From Amoebidium appalachense (lineage: Eukaryota; Protista; Ichthyosporea), in NCBI GenBank assembly GCA_963693365.1, contig CAVNZM010000009.1:8537408-8601407 (forward strand): a DNA stretch of 64,000 bases, written 5' to 3'. Positions 1 to 14,065 of this stretch are shown here, one piece after another; the first letter of the stretch is position 1; the number at the start of each line of letters is the position of its first letter. Below the pieces are notes generated by a model, which searched no databases, was not told the origin of the DNA, and saw only the letters and a program-made list of their open reading frames with translations. A program made the position numbers and the translations under genes.

Positions 1-125
1 CGATTATAGGCATGTGCCATGACATGGATGGGGGTGTTCCCCGGCCCTTAGGGCCACGGATGGCCCGGTTTAGGGGTGGATGCGCGAAGGATACTATTTA
101 TTAGCAGATAATAAAAAGCGACATT

Positions 126-270
126 TGAATCGATGTGTGCGACTGAATCGATGTGTGCGACTGAATCGATGTGTGCGACTGAATCGATGTGTTGCGACTG
201 AATCGATGTGTGCGACTGAATCGATGTGTGCGACTGAATCGATGTGTGCGACTGAATCGATGTGTGCGAC
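126..270. repeat. 18-bp minisatellite (TGAATCGATGTGTGCGAC) x8
   Basis: Eight consecutive copies read directly; the fourth has a 1-nt insertion. Confidence 0.95.
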
Positions 271-1868
271 TGGATATCATTTCGAGGTCATTATAGGAGG
301 ATTCGTATATGGTAATACATCTATAAGATACTCTTACAGATGTCCTTTTCATATACAACGGATAGGTATAGGATGCCGAAAACATTATCTAAAGATCATA
401 CGTTAAATGTCATAACGATATAAGCCTCATAACATAAAGATAACTAGGATGGGTCAAAAGAAATTTCGTAATAATATCGTTTTGATAGTTTTAGGAGCCT
501 TTAAAGATATGAGAAGTTCTGGCTGTATGTCCTCTACACGACATCTTTCTAGTATCTGTTACATATCTTTAAAACATATAGTAGTTTATCAGCTAACCAT
601 TCCTTATGATATTAGTAGCATATCGTTAAGATAACTCTGTCACATCTTTTTGACATACAGCACATATATCAAAACGATAAATTTAAGGTATAATTAAGAT
701 TTATTAAGAATGATTTTCGCAATATAGTTATATTATCCTTTTCATATCATTATGTTATGTCTTGATATATATGATTGAGCCATTTTCAAAGTTGATATCA
801 TCCAGACGTCGTTTCCGATCACTGTTTGATCTCGTTTTGCCCCCCCCCCCCCCCCCCGCCCCTCACCCCTTTCGAACCTGCCTGTCACGTGGTCATATGT
901 CGTCGAGCCGCTGATTACAGATCCATTTTCTGCAGACACGTCCCACTGGAACGTGTCAACTATAACTCATCTATTATCTTTTACGTAGGGTTATGTCCCA
1001 CTGGGGCGTGTCTGTCACTTCAAATATTTTCTAAGACAAATATTTTTAAAGACATGTCCTCGGGACATGTCTTGGGACATGTCTTCACACAATTTATTCG
1101 AACTACGAAAACACACAAAATAAATACACAGACACACACAAAATAATAATAATAATAATAAAAATAATAAAAAGCTCTGTTACTTTTTCTCTTCGCACAC
1201 ACACACACAAAAAAAAAGAAAAAAAGAAAAAAAAAGAAAAGTCACTCTTTTGTGTGTGTGTGGGGGGGGGGGGGGGGGGGGGAAGGAGTATAAAAGAGCA
1301 GCAACGAACATAAACAAAACTCAAAACAAGCAAACTATTATGCGGGTTTCTAAGAAGCTCCCAACATCATTAAACTAAACACATGCTAATCCCTTGACAG
1401 AAGAGTAACAAGGTGTGTGTGTATGGGTATGAGGCCCAAAAAAAAAAAAAGGACGCCCAACATGACAATATAAGGGGGGCACTCTTACACCAAACCATAC
1501 CATACCAAATGCCGGCAGAGTAATTAACAGGACAAAGAGCCGGTACCCACCTATGGGTGCTAAACATGCACATGATCATTCATGTGCTATAAGAGCAACA
1601 CAGAAACGAACACGGAAACAACAGCAGCCATAGGACAAAGAACCAGACCCACAGGGTCTTGCCTCCATACTTTATTTACCTTAACAGGACAAAGAGCCGG
1701 TACCCACCTATGAAACGAAAAACGGAAACAACAGCAGCCATAGGACAAAGAGCCAGTACCCACCTCTAGATGATAACGTAGCCTTATAGCTGCTGATGAC
1801 TTTATGGGCCCACCTTTCCAAAACCTTTTAAGGTTCGGGCTAATATTTCTCTTCTCCTTCTGGGGAAA

Positions 1869-1901
<33 letters not shown>

Positions 1902-2301
1902 CTGACTGAGAGTGGCAAAAAAAGAGTCGACAGAACCAACCTTAAACATAGTAAGGACGGAAACCCGGACCAGAACTTATGAAGTCTAGAGAAGCAGAAA
2001 ATAGCTTGAACGATCGGTGGAGGGGATGATAGCTATAGTGCTAACAGCAAAAGTAGTGCCCACAGTCGCTGGTTCATGAACGTGAAAGGCAACGTGCATC
2101 TGCAGCCAGCAGACACACGCACACGCACGCACGCACACACACATACACACACACACACACAGACACAGACACAGACCAGACAGACAAACGCCATATGCAC
2201 AAAAGCAGGCAACACAAAACTAACCTTCAAGAAGAAGCTGCAGCATGCAGCATGGTCCAAAACAATCAGCACGGTGGCTGCGCGATCTGCGGAGGGGATC
2301 T

Positions 2302-2405
2302 GTGACCAGGCGCTGCGGGAAGGGAACTGCGACCAGGCGACCTGCGGGAAGGGACCTGCGACCAGGCGACCTGCGGGAAAGGACCTGCGGACCTGCGGGA
2401 AGGGG
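2302..2405. repeat. Short ~28-bp imperfect tandem repeat (GCGACCAGGCGACCTGCGGGAAGGGACCT)
   Basis: About three imperfect copies plus a partial copy, seen directly. Confidence 0.75.
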
Positions 2406-2759
2406 GGAAGAGAAATGGAGAAAACAACGTGCGTACAGGCTTAAATGGAGAAAAAAATTGCAAACCGGATTGGGATTTAGCCAATCACTATTCGCCGCGC
2501 CTGATTAGGAAAAAGATAAAAATAGATTTCGGCTCGCGCGCGCGCGTGCATCAGCTTGGTGCCCTTAGCGCTACCCTTAGTGCCCTTAGTCACAACTATC
2601 AGACTATAGTTACGTGTCCTCCACTTCTTTGTTCTTGACCATTTTTTCGGCATGAAAGGGTTTCTGTTACTTCTTGCTGTCCTTCTTAGCGTGCTTGCTT
2701 GTCTTTTTTTCAACATGGGTGTCACTGGCGCTTTCGACTTCTTTGAAATCACACACACA

Positions 2760-2792
<33 letters not shown>

Positions 2793-3471
2793 GCACACAC
2801 ACTCACACATGCACACTGCACACACACACACACACACACACACAGGCGCGCACACACAGGCACGCACACACACACAGGCGCACACCTACACAACACACAC
2901 AGCACATGCACACACAAGCGCACACACGCACACACCCTGTTATCCCTGATCATGATGCCCCCTCCCCCCTCCCTCTTCCCCCCCGCGCACCCCCCCCCCC
3001 CCCCCCCCCCCCCCCCACCCACCCCACCCACCCACCTACAAAGACGAAAACATTGTACATGTATTGCATACACAAATATACTCGCACATATACATACACA
3101 CATTCACTTTAATCTTTCAGGCTACATGTGCAATATACATTAATTATGCACAGTCGATAGAATTCGTTGTGAACCCCCCCCCCCCCCCCCCCCCCCTCCT
3201 CGTTCCCCCCATATGCAATGGGGATAATATTGTTTCCCGCTATTAATTAAAAAATCACCGTTCTAACTTCCTAAGACCGAACCACTTGTAACACCGATAG
3301 TTTCGGTTGTGTGGAACCCCCCCCCCCCCCCCCCCCTCCCCCCCCCCCCCCCCCCCCCCAACCCACCCACCACCTTACCAATATTGAGGTGTACACTGCC
3401 CCCACATCCCCAACTGTGTGCTGAATATCCCGTGCTAGGAAACCAATAACGTGAAAGTAACACATGCCGCA

Positions 3472-6400
3472 TGTGGGTAGTTATTGAAAAAACCAATAAT
3501 GTCTAGGTAACATACCGTATGATGTACATATACTATGCTACAAAGGGGGTTCTATACGAGCTACAACGTTGTGTTTTTTTCGTGTGACCCTCGTACTCCA
3601 GGGGCACATTCACCATCTCCCCCCATAAACTTTGTGGTAAAGTTCTCGTGCTAGAAGCTGTTCTGTGGGTAGTTATTGAAAAAACGAATAATGTCTAGGT
3701 AACACATGTACATATGCTATGCTACAAGGGGGGTTCTATTCGAGCTACAATGTTGTGTTTTTTTCGTGTGACCCTCGTACTCCAGGGGCACATTCACCAT
3801 CCACCCCATAAACGTTGTGGTAAATCTCTCGTCCTAGAGGCTGTTCTGTGGGTAGCTATTGAAAAACCAATAATGTCTAGGTAACATACTATGTACATAT
3901 ACTATGTTACAAGGGGGGTTCTATACGAGCTACAACGTTGTGTTTTTTTCGTGTGACCCTCGTACTCCAGGGGCACATTCACCATCCCCCCCATACACTT
4001 TGTGGTAAAGCTCTCGTGCTAGAAGCTGTTCTGTGGGTAGTTATTGAAAAAACCAATAATGTCTAGGTAACATACTATGTACATATACTATGCTACAAGG
4101 GGGGTTCTATACGAGCTACAACGTTGTGTTTTTTTCGTGTGACCCTCGTACTCCAGGGGCACATTCACCATCCCCCCCATAAACGTTGTGGTAAAGCTCT
4201 CGTGCTAGAAGCTGTTCTGTGGGTAGTTATTGAAAAAACCAATAATGTCTGGTAACACAATGTCATGTACATATGCTATGCTACAAGGGGGGTTCTATAC
4301 GAGCTACAACGTTGTGTTTTTTTCGTGTGACCCTTGTACTCCAGGGGCACATTCACCATCCCCCCCATACACTTTGTGGTAAATGTCTCGTGCTAGAAGC
4401 TGTTCTGTGGGTAGTTATTGAAACAACCAATAATGTCTAGGTAACACATGGACATATACTATGCTACAAGGGGGGTCTATTCGAGCTACAACATTGTGTT
4501 TTTTTCGTGTGACCCTCGTACTCCAGGGGCACATTCACCATCCCCCCCATAAACTTTGTGGTAAATGTCTCGTGCTAGAAGCTGTTCTGTGGGTAGTTAT
4601 TGAAAAAACCAATAATGTCTAGGTAACATACTATGTACATATACTATGCTACAAAAGGGGTTCTATACGAGCTACAACGTTGTGTTTTTTTCGTGTGACC
4701 CTCGTACTCCAGGGGCACATTCACCATCCCCCCATAAACTGTGTGGTAAAGCTCTCGTGCTAGAAGCTGTTCTGTGGGTAGTTATTGAAAAAACGAATAA
4801 TGTCTAGGTAACACAATGTCATGTACATATGCTATGCTACAAGGGGGTTCTATACGAGCTACAACGTTGTGTTTTTTTCGTGTGACCCTTGTACTCCAGG
4901 GGCACATTCACCATCCCCCCCATACACTTTGTGGTAAATGTCTCGTGCTAGAAGCTGTTCTGTGGGTAGTTATTGAAACAACCAATAATGTCTAGGTAAC
5001 ACATGGACATATACTATGCTACAAGGGGGGTCTATTCGAGCTACAACATTGTGTTTTTTTCGTGTGACCCTCGTACTCCAGGGGCACATTCACCATCCCC
5101 CCCATAAACTTTGTGGTAAATGTCTCGTGCTAGAAGCTGTTCTGTGGGTAGTTATTGAAAAAACCAATAATGTCTAGGTAACATACGATGTACATATACT
5201 ATGCTACAAGGGGGGTTCTATACGAGCTACAACGTTGTGTTTTTTTCGTGTGACCCTCGTACTCCAGGGGCACATTCACCATCCCCCCCATAAACTGTGT
5301 GGTAAAGCTCTCGTGCTAGAAGCTGTTCTGTGGGTAGTTATTGAAAAAACGAATAATGTCTAGGTAACACATGTACTTATACTATGCTACAAGGGGGGTT
5401 CTATTCGAGCTACAATGTTGTGTTTTTTTCGTGTGACCCTCGTACTCCAGGGGCACATTCACCATCCACCCCATAAACGTTGTGGTAAATCTCTCGTCCT
5501 AGAGGCTGTTCTGTGGGTAGCTATTGAAAAACCAATAATGTCTAGGTAACATACTATGTACTTATACTATGCTACAAGGGGGGTTCTATACGAGCTACAA
5601 CGTTGTGTTTTTTTCGTGTGACCCTCGTACTCCAGGGGCACATTCACCATCCCCCCCATAAACGTTGTGGTAAAGCTCTCGTGCTAGAAGCTGTTCTGTG
5701 GGTAGTTATTGAAAAAACCAATAATGTCTGGTAACACAATGTCATGTACATATGCTATGCTACAAGGGGGGTTCTATACGAGCTACAACGTTGTGTTTTT
5801 TTCGTGTGACCCTTGTACTCCAGGGGCACATTCACCATCCCCCCCATACACTTTGTGGTAAATGTCTCGTGCTAGAAGCTGTTCTGTGGGTAGTTATTGA
5901 AACAACCAATAATGTCTAGGTAACACATGGACATATACTATGCTACAAGGGGGGTCTATTCGAGCTACAACATTGTGTTTTTTTCGTGTGACCCTCGTAC
6001 TCCAGGGGCACATTCACCATCCCCCCCATAAACTTTGTGGTAAATGTCTCGTGCTAGAAGCTGTTCTGTGGGTAGTTATTGAAAAAACCAATAATGTCTA
6101 GGTAACATACTATGTACATATACTATGCTACAAGGGGGGTTCTATACGAGCTACAACGTTGTGTTTTTTTCGTGTGACCCTCGTACTCCAGGGGCACATT
6201 CACCATCCCCCCCATAACCGTTGTGGTAAAGCTCTCGTGCTAGAAGCTGTTCTGTGGGTAGTTATTGAAAAAACGAATAATGTCTAGGTAACACATGTAC
6301 TTATACTATGCTACAAGGGGGGTTCTATTCGAGCTACAATGTTGTGTTTTTTTCGTGTGACCCTCGTACTCCAGGGGCACATTCACCATCCCCCCCATAA

Positions 6401-6685
6401 ACTTTGTGGTACATTTCTCGTGCTAGAAGCTGTTCTGTGGGTAGTTATTGAAAAAACCAATAATGTCTAGGTAACATACTATGTACATATACTATGCTAC
6501 AAGGGGGGTTCTATACGAGCTACAACGTTGTGCTTTTTTCGTGTGACCCTCGTACTCCAGGGGCACATTTACCATCCCCCCCATAAACGTTGTGGTAAAT
6601 TTCTCGTGCTAGAGGCTGTTCTGTGGGTAGTTATTGAAAAACCAATAATGTCTAGGTAACATATGTACATATACTATGCTACAAG
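3472..6685. repeat. Satellite array, 182-192-bp monomer, 17 full copies plus a partial
   Basis: The anchor TGTGGGTAG recurs at 3472, 3664, 3847, 4032, 4218, 4406, 4588, 4773, 4961, 5143, 5329, 5512, 5697, 5885, 6067, 6253, 6436 and 6622. Monomers are highly similar along their whole length. Confidence 0.97.
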
Positions 6686-6795
6686 GTGCTACAAGGGAGG
6701 AGATATTTTATGAACGGGAGAGTGAGCCGAGAATGTGTAGATAAAGAACAGAGGAATATCGAGGCAACCGTGGTGTACCCTGTCTTTATGTGAAC

Positions 6796-6831
<36 letters not shown>

Positions 6832-6898
6832 CTCGCGCGTTCGTGTCTACCGATGTACGTGCACACGGGCATGTGTTTGGGTGTGTGTATGTACGTGT

Positions 6899-6949
<51 letters not shown>

Positions 6950-6973
6950 AGGTGCGCATGGTAACGTGTGTGT

Positions 6974-7057
<84 letters not shown>

Positions 7058-7090
7058 CAACGTGCCTGTGTGTGTGTGTGTGTGTGTGGC

Positions 7091-7121
<31 letters not shown>

Positions 7122-7149
7122 AGGGCAACGTGTCTGTCTGTGTCTTTGC

Positions 7150-9748
7150 GGTTCCCTCAAATATCCCATGCCCACAACACCGACTGGGGAGTGGCCTTTG
7201 GCCATCAACCATGTCAAAACTCTCTCTCCCTCCTAACCTCTCTAGGTCATCTGACCACTCTCCTATCCTTTTCCTACCTAAGATCTCCCTTGATCTGCTC
7301 CCCCTCCCCCTCCCACCTTTCGCCTCCGTCTATCCCAGCTAAGTCACAGTGGGGTAGAGTTATTATTTATGCTATGCTACGAAACACCCTATATATATGC
7401 GCCATTAGAATCTCACAAGCCAGGCCAACACATTGACAGCACTAACTTTATTTTGATGATTTGATAGATCGGTATTATGCTGGCGGTGGTAGGAAGGAAT
7501 ATCCCGATGCTCTCTTGTTACCAAACACCACTCCCGCTAGACTAGGTGAACCCCTGTCTCAAAAGGAAAGCTTGCGCCGGCTTGCTAGTATGAATCGATT
7601 TGGACCCCCTGCTCGTATTATTGGTGATACCACTGGAGACCCCCTCATAGACTCTGATAAGTATTTCTCGGAACTGTTTAAAGATAGGACCCCCGCTCAG
7701 AAACCTATTGTGTGGCCTGTAGACCCATCTATCCCCATAGAATCGATCCTCCCCTTTTTCAGTCCCGATGCCATATGGTCTGTGATTCTAGTTATAGCTC
7801 TAGTAAGTTTGGACTGATGGACTCCCTGCTGGGTATCTTAAAATCCTTGTTCCCTCCTACCCACAAAAGGAAAGTGATGTCTATAAACCTGATCTACTAT
7901 CATTTAAGCTCTTTTTTGTGTGTTAAATGTGGACATGTCCCGTCATCTTGTTAGATACCTTAGTGATCCCCATAGTTAGGGACTGAGGGCCCCATATCAT
8001 CCTTTCGCCCCATTACACTAACCCAGGTTGTTCGTATTCTGAACTTGCTACTTAGGTTATTTGCACATCACCCTAGGTTTCAATCTATTCTTCACATACC
8101 CCATGCCAATCCGCTTTTCGTAAAAACAATTCATGTTATGTTCAAATAATGGCACTGCACGATTCTATGCAAGTTGGTGCACAATATGTTGGCTTTATTG
8201 ATTGGAAAACTGCTTACGATTCTGTCTCCCCTGGTCTCCTATGGGAAAAGCTTGCTGCACGGGGTGTACCACACTGCATTGGTGTTCTGTTAGAAGCACT
8301 CTTGTCTCAAACCTATGGTAGAGCTGTGGTTAATGGGCATCTTTCATATGGTTTTGCTCGTACTAGAGGTCTCTTGCAGGGTTCATTGCTAGCCCCTTTT
8401 TGTTTAACCTATTTATAGATGATTTGGCTGTCAAGATTTACGCCGCGATGACCCTATTAATAACTTTCCGCCTGCACTTCTCTATGCTGATGATCTGTCC
8501 CTCCTTGCCCGTACCCCTAGACGCCTGCAAAGATTGTTCGATGTAGTGTCAGAGTGGTGCAAGGCAAACCTTATGATCCTTAACATAGACAAATTGTTTC
8601 TTTACCTGATATAGCTAACAATTTCACACATTTACATTATCATCTAAACCTGTACCTATAGTTCCAGAATACAAATATCTTGTGTTCCGGTTGATTCTGT
8701 TGGTGTTATGTTTCCCCATATGGTCGAAAAGAGGGTAAGTTGCGCTTTCTTCTCGGCTAATATTTTTAAAGACACACCCCTCCATCCTTCTATTAGACTT
8801 ACATTTATTCGCACTTTTGTCTTCCCGGCATGTGAATATGGTTTACCCCTTCTCGCCGCTTGGATCAAGAAAGAGAGAACTAGAGCGCTTAAACCCTTGG
8901 CAAATTTCCTTGAAGCAGAAGTTGCCTCCTTTCTATCTAACAACTGTTGTAAACCTGGGCCTGTAACGCTCTCGATATATGGTCTGGTCCCAATAGCTGC
9001 TAGAGTATCCTATCTCGCGCTGAAATTCAATAAGCACATAAGCCGCTTAAAGAAGTATTTGCCCTCCCACCCTCTCTTCTCTATCCGACCTGTCCCCTCC
9101 TCACCTCTCCCCTCTTTCCTCCCCTCTCTCTCCCCTTCTCCCCTGGGCACAAATACAAATAAACCCCGCAATAGTTGTGTGACTTTGGACTGCCACTTAC
9201 TTATTAAACATGTACACAATCACAAGATAATCACGCAATATAACAAATGGAAAAAGATACCACACGACACTAGACCCGATGAAAGCATACACCTTGAAAA
9301 ACTAAGCCTTATTCTCGTTTTTATATACTGACCGCCTCAACCATATTGCCAAATATGGCACTGAATGTATAACACCTAAATACATATTACCTTCCTGTAG
9401 AACTGTCTTTCTCTAGCTGATGGTATTATTGATCAATTACCACGCTTTTACTGTACACGTATACAGTGGAGATCTAATAAGTATAAGGTGGCATCATGCA
9501 TGCCCAAACAACACACACACACACCAGTTTAACCGGTCATGTATCGAAATGTAGTTTGATAGACCACATAATCCGCAACACACACACGTCACATTCACAA
9601 CAGACACCCAGAAAGATAGCCTACCTGTAAATTACAACATCCTTGATTTTATACTAAACACGCGTAACTACGACCTGTTTATTAGATGTATTGATTGGCT
9701 TGAGAAACACATCACTACAAAATTATAGCGCACGCGCACACACACACA

Positions 9749-9805
<57 letters not shown>

Positions 9806-9837
9806 CCAGCTGATACCGAGTGTCCCGAGGGGAGCCC

Positions 9838-9873
<36 letters not shown>
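7150..9873 (+). pseudogene. Decayed, 5'-truncated non-LTR (LINE-like) retrotransposon: APE C-terminus, reverse transcriptase, C-terminal domain, poly(A)
   Basis: SSDHSPI (APE terminal SDH motif) near 7245. RT motifs FIDWKTAYDSV and RGLLQGSLLAP (8149-8418) and LYADDL near 8480. C-terminal NILDFILN near 9640. A poly(A) run at 9841-9873. Many stops and frameshifts. Confidence 0.88.
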
Positions 9874-10339
9874 GGGGAACCCCAACTAATTGATTTCTCC
9901 TTGTAGTCTTTATGGTGTCTCGTAGAGAAAGTAAACCCTGATATATAGTCACCACCCGACATCTATGTACGTGATCATGATATACCGCTGAGGGGATATT
10001 CCGAGCAAAAACCCCCCCCCCATACCTGAGACTGGTTCTCTTTGCCTCGAGTAAACAGCGTAAACCCCGTGTGTATCTCTCTCTGTGTGTGTGTGTTTGT
10101 GTGTGTGTGTGTGGCAGCGTGCGTGTCTCGCTGTGTGTGTGTGTGTGTGTGTGTGTGTCATGATTGACGACATAGGTTCAGAAGAAGAGTGTGTATCACT
10201 ACGTTGCAGTTTTCACATACTTTGTAGTTCACGCGCGCGGAGGCATAATGTTAACGTGCGTTACCGGTTATAGAAAGCACAAGCGTAACTAGCGTTTTAT
10301 ATCATAAATAGTCATAAAATGGTAACGTTCATTATAACT

Positions 10340-12633
10340 ACGATGCATGAGAATAGAATGATATCAATAATACATACATTAGATATCGTACGGATATCTT
10401 GCGATATATCATCTGGTGTCCGGAGAATGTGCACGTGCCTGTGATGTGCACCCGCCCTAATGCAGTAAGGTATTCTTTTCAGGCGCTAATAAACCTTCAA
10501 AGGTGGTAACATCCTCGGAACACACAAAATATAAAATTGCAATAAATAACCATTTTCCTGCTTCGATGCTCGAAATTGGTACTATGTAGTTACTAGATTG
10601 CTCTATTTTGCCTAGTGTTTAGTGTTTCGGACGTTCGCAATTTACACTCTTCCACATGGCACTTGCCAAATGGGGTAATTTAGTTTTATTTGCGGCCGTT
10701 GTGGTTGCGTGTTTATCTAACAAATATCATTATGAGATGTTTATGACCCCTGTGGGATATGTACAAGATCAGACCATAGAAGATCAGGTCGTTGCGATGT
10801 CGTAAAGATGGCAGAAACATATCTTCATTAGATGTATGCGATAATCTCAATTAAACATGAAACGTGATTGGCTGATCACAGTTGGGTGACCCTGAGCATG
10901 CCGTTTTGAAGAATAACAACCAATCAAAATCGGGTTTGCCATTTTGTGATTTTCGTCCCACAATCGAACGGAAAAGTGATTTCCTGGCCCTATATAAATG
11001 GCCATGCCACCATCACATTCAGATGGCCGCAATGAGCCCCGCAATGCCCCGTGTGAGTAATTGGCGGGTTTCCCAACGATTGCTCAGCTGGCTTGATCAC
11101 AAAAATTTTCTTTGCGCGTATATCGCAACCATTCTCATCGGACATCTAATAGACATCTAAAGGATTTTTCGATTGTTCTTCTGATATCTTTCTAATATCC
11201 ACAATGCTGCCGTTTAGATATCACATTGATGTACTTACAAAAGACACTGACCTTCTACTGCACGGATGTTCTTCTGATATCTTTCTAATATCCACAATAC
11301 TGCCGCTTAGATATCACTGGGATGGCAAGCTTATGTATCATATACTTATGAATTCGATATATAAATATATCCCTATGCGGATATCGTAATGATAATCTAA
11401 GGGCCTCTAAAAGATATGTAGATGATACCGCGTGGACTACTGCTCTGGACAGATTAGGATATTCAAATGATAGGTTACGGCATATCACATTGATGTACAT
11501 AGCGACATCTTACCGATATCAATCACATAACTCACTAGTCTTTATTTAGATATATCAGGTACATATCCTTACGACGTGTACAAAGATATGAATTAGATAT
11601 CGTAGCTTGGGCCTGCAAAGAGGCAGTTGTGATATGTTTGAGATGTAGGACCAAAAACAGATAACGTATTGAATATAAAAGGGATATCAAAAAGAATATC
11701 AAAAGGATACCCACAATGCTGCCGTTTTAGACAGAGCGGGATATTCAAATGATAAGTTACAGCATATCACATTGATGTACATAGGGGCATCTTATACATA
11801 CCAATCACATATATCACAAGTCTTTATTTAGATATATTTGGTACATATCCTTACGACCTGTACAATGATATGAATTAGATATCATATTTTGGGCCTGTGG
11901 ACAAAGGGATATCCGAAAGGATATCAAAAGGATGTCTTCAACATGCCTACTGGTTGTGTACAAGGGTATCTTCTGTATTACCCCCATGGGCGCATAACGA
12001 TATCAAAAAAATGGTTGTAGGTACATCACAACGATGTCCAGACGATATCAAAACAACATCTGTATTATATTCAATTTATAAGCATTCATGTTATCCATCA
12101 GATATCACGTGGATATCAATTTGTATTGTCCCACGACATCAGGTAGATATCGTCATGTAATGCGTATTGGATGGGATTAAGATATTCTATAATGAGGGAT
12201 ATCTGTAGGCTATAACAAAGACATCTAACAGATATCGTTTGGGGCACCAATATCCTAAACGTATGTAAAACATATCCAAAAGAGCTATTATGACCTTGCT
12301 AACATACATATCACTAGGATAGCATATGGATATCATAATGCTATGAGGAAATTTTGAGATTTTCGGTCAAAAACCAAAACCATCGTGGTTTTCTATGATA
12401 TCGTAAGGATATCGTAAGGATATCAGCAAAGGATGGGTTTCGTATATGCGCCATACCATAACCAATCCGAACCCTATCAAAGATATCATTGATAGGGATC
12501 TGATGGGTTCTATCCGGGAATTCTATGATATCTTGTCAGGCTCTTTTTGACGTATTTAGGGTGGGGTTTGGTATGCCATATATCAAAATGATATATAAGA
12601 TGGGTTTCGGATGCCGGATGAAGTTTGCTGATG
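10340..12633. repeat. Non-coding tract saturated with GATATC-like words, containing internal duplications
   Basis: More than 20 GATATC between 11180 and 12535 by eye. Duplicated blocks near 11175/11266 and 11455/11738. No credible ORF. Confidence 0.7.
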
Positions 12634-12924
12634 ACAGTGGAGATCTAATAAGTATAAGGTGGCATCATTTGCATGCCCAAACAACACACACACACACCAG
12701 TTTAATCGGTCATGTATCGCCAAATGTAGTTTGATAGACCACATAATACCGCAACACACACACGTCACATTCACAACAGACACCCAGAAAGATAGCCTAC
12801 CTGTAAATTACAACATCCTTGATTTTATACTAAACACGCGTAACTACGACCTGTTTATTAGATGTATTGATTGGCTTGAGAAACACATCACTACAAAATT
12901 CTAGCGCACGCGCACACACACACA

Positions 12925-12961
<37 letters not shown>
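12634..12961 (+). mobile_element. Second copy of the LINE 3' end (near-identical to 9463-~9803)
   Basis: Matches from ACAGTGGAGATCTAATAAG through NILDFILNTRNYDLFIRCIDWLEKHITTK and the following (CA)n tract. Confidence 0.9.
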
Positions 12962-13947
<986 letters not shown>

Positions 13948-13960
13948 GGTTAAAGGCCCA
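13948..13960 (+). promoter_or_regulatory. Primer-binding site, copia half-tRNA-iMet-like variant (GGTTAAAGGCCCA)
   Basis: Immediately follows the 5' LTR and resembles the Drosophila copia PBS GGTTATGGGCCCA with two substitutions. Confidence 0.75.
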
Positions 13961-14065
13961 TTTTCGCACGCTCTCGCAACACATACTCTCGCTGCAATCG
14001 AAAATATTCAAATTTGAATACCGATCTGATTCCTCTCTCACGCATCATCTGACTGATTGATCACC

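Noticed and set aside
40-80. TTAGGG/TTTAGGG words as telomeric repeats (also CCCTTAG at 2562-2590)
   Set aside because: Only two or three scattered copies, not a tandem array.
1523-1765. Local duplications (TTAACAGGACAAAGAGCCGGTACCCACCTATG twice; ACGGAAACAACAGCAGCCATAGGACAAAGA twice)
   Set aside because: Real but short, with no evidence of function or element boundaries.
3472-6685. Satellite (and the 93-bp array at 58252) as a CRISPR-like array
   Set aside because: Whole units are repeated, with no unique spacers and no cas genes; the context is eukaryotic.
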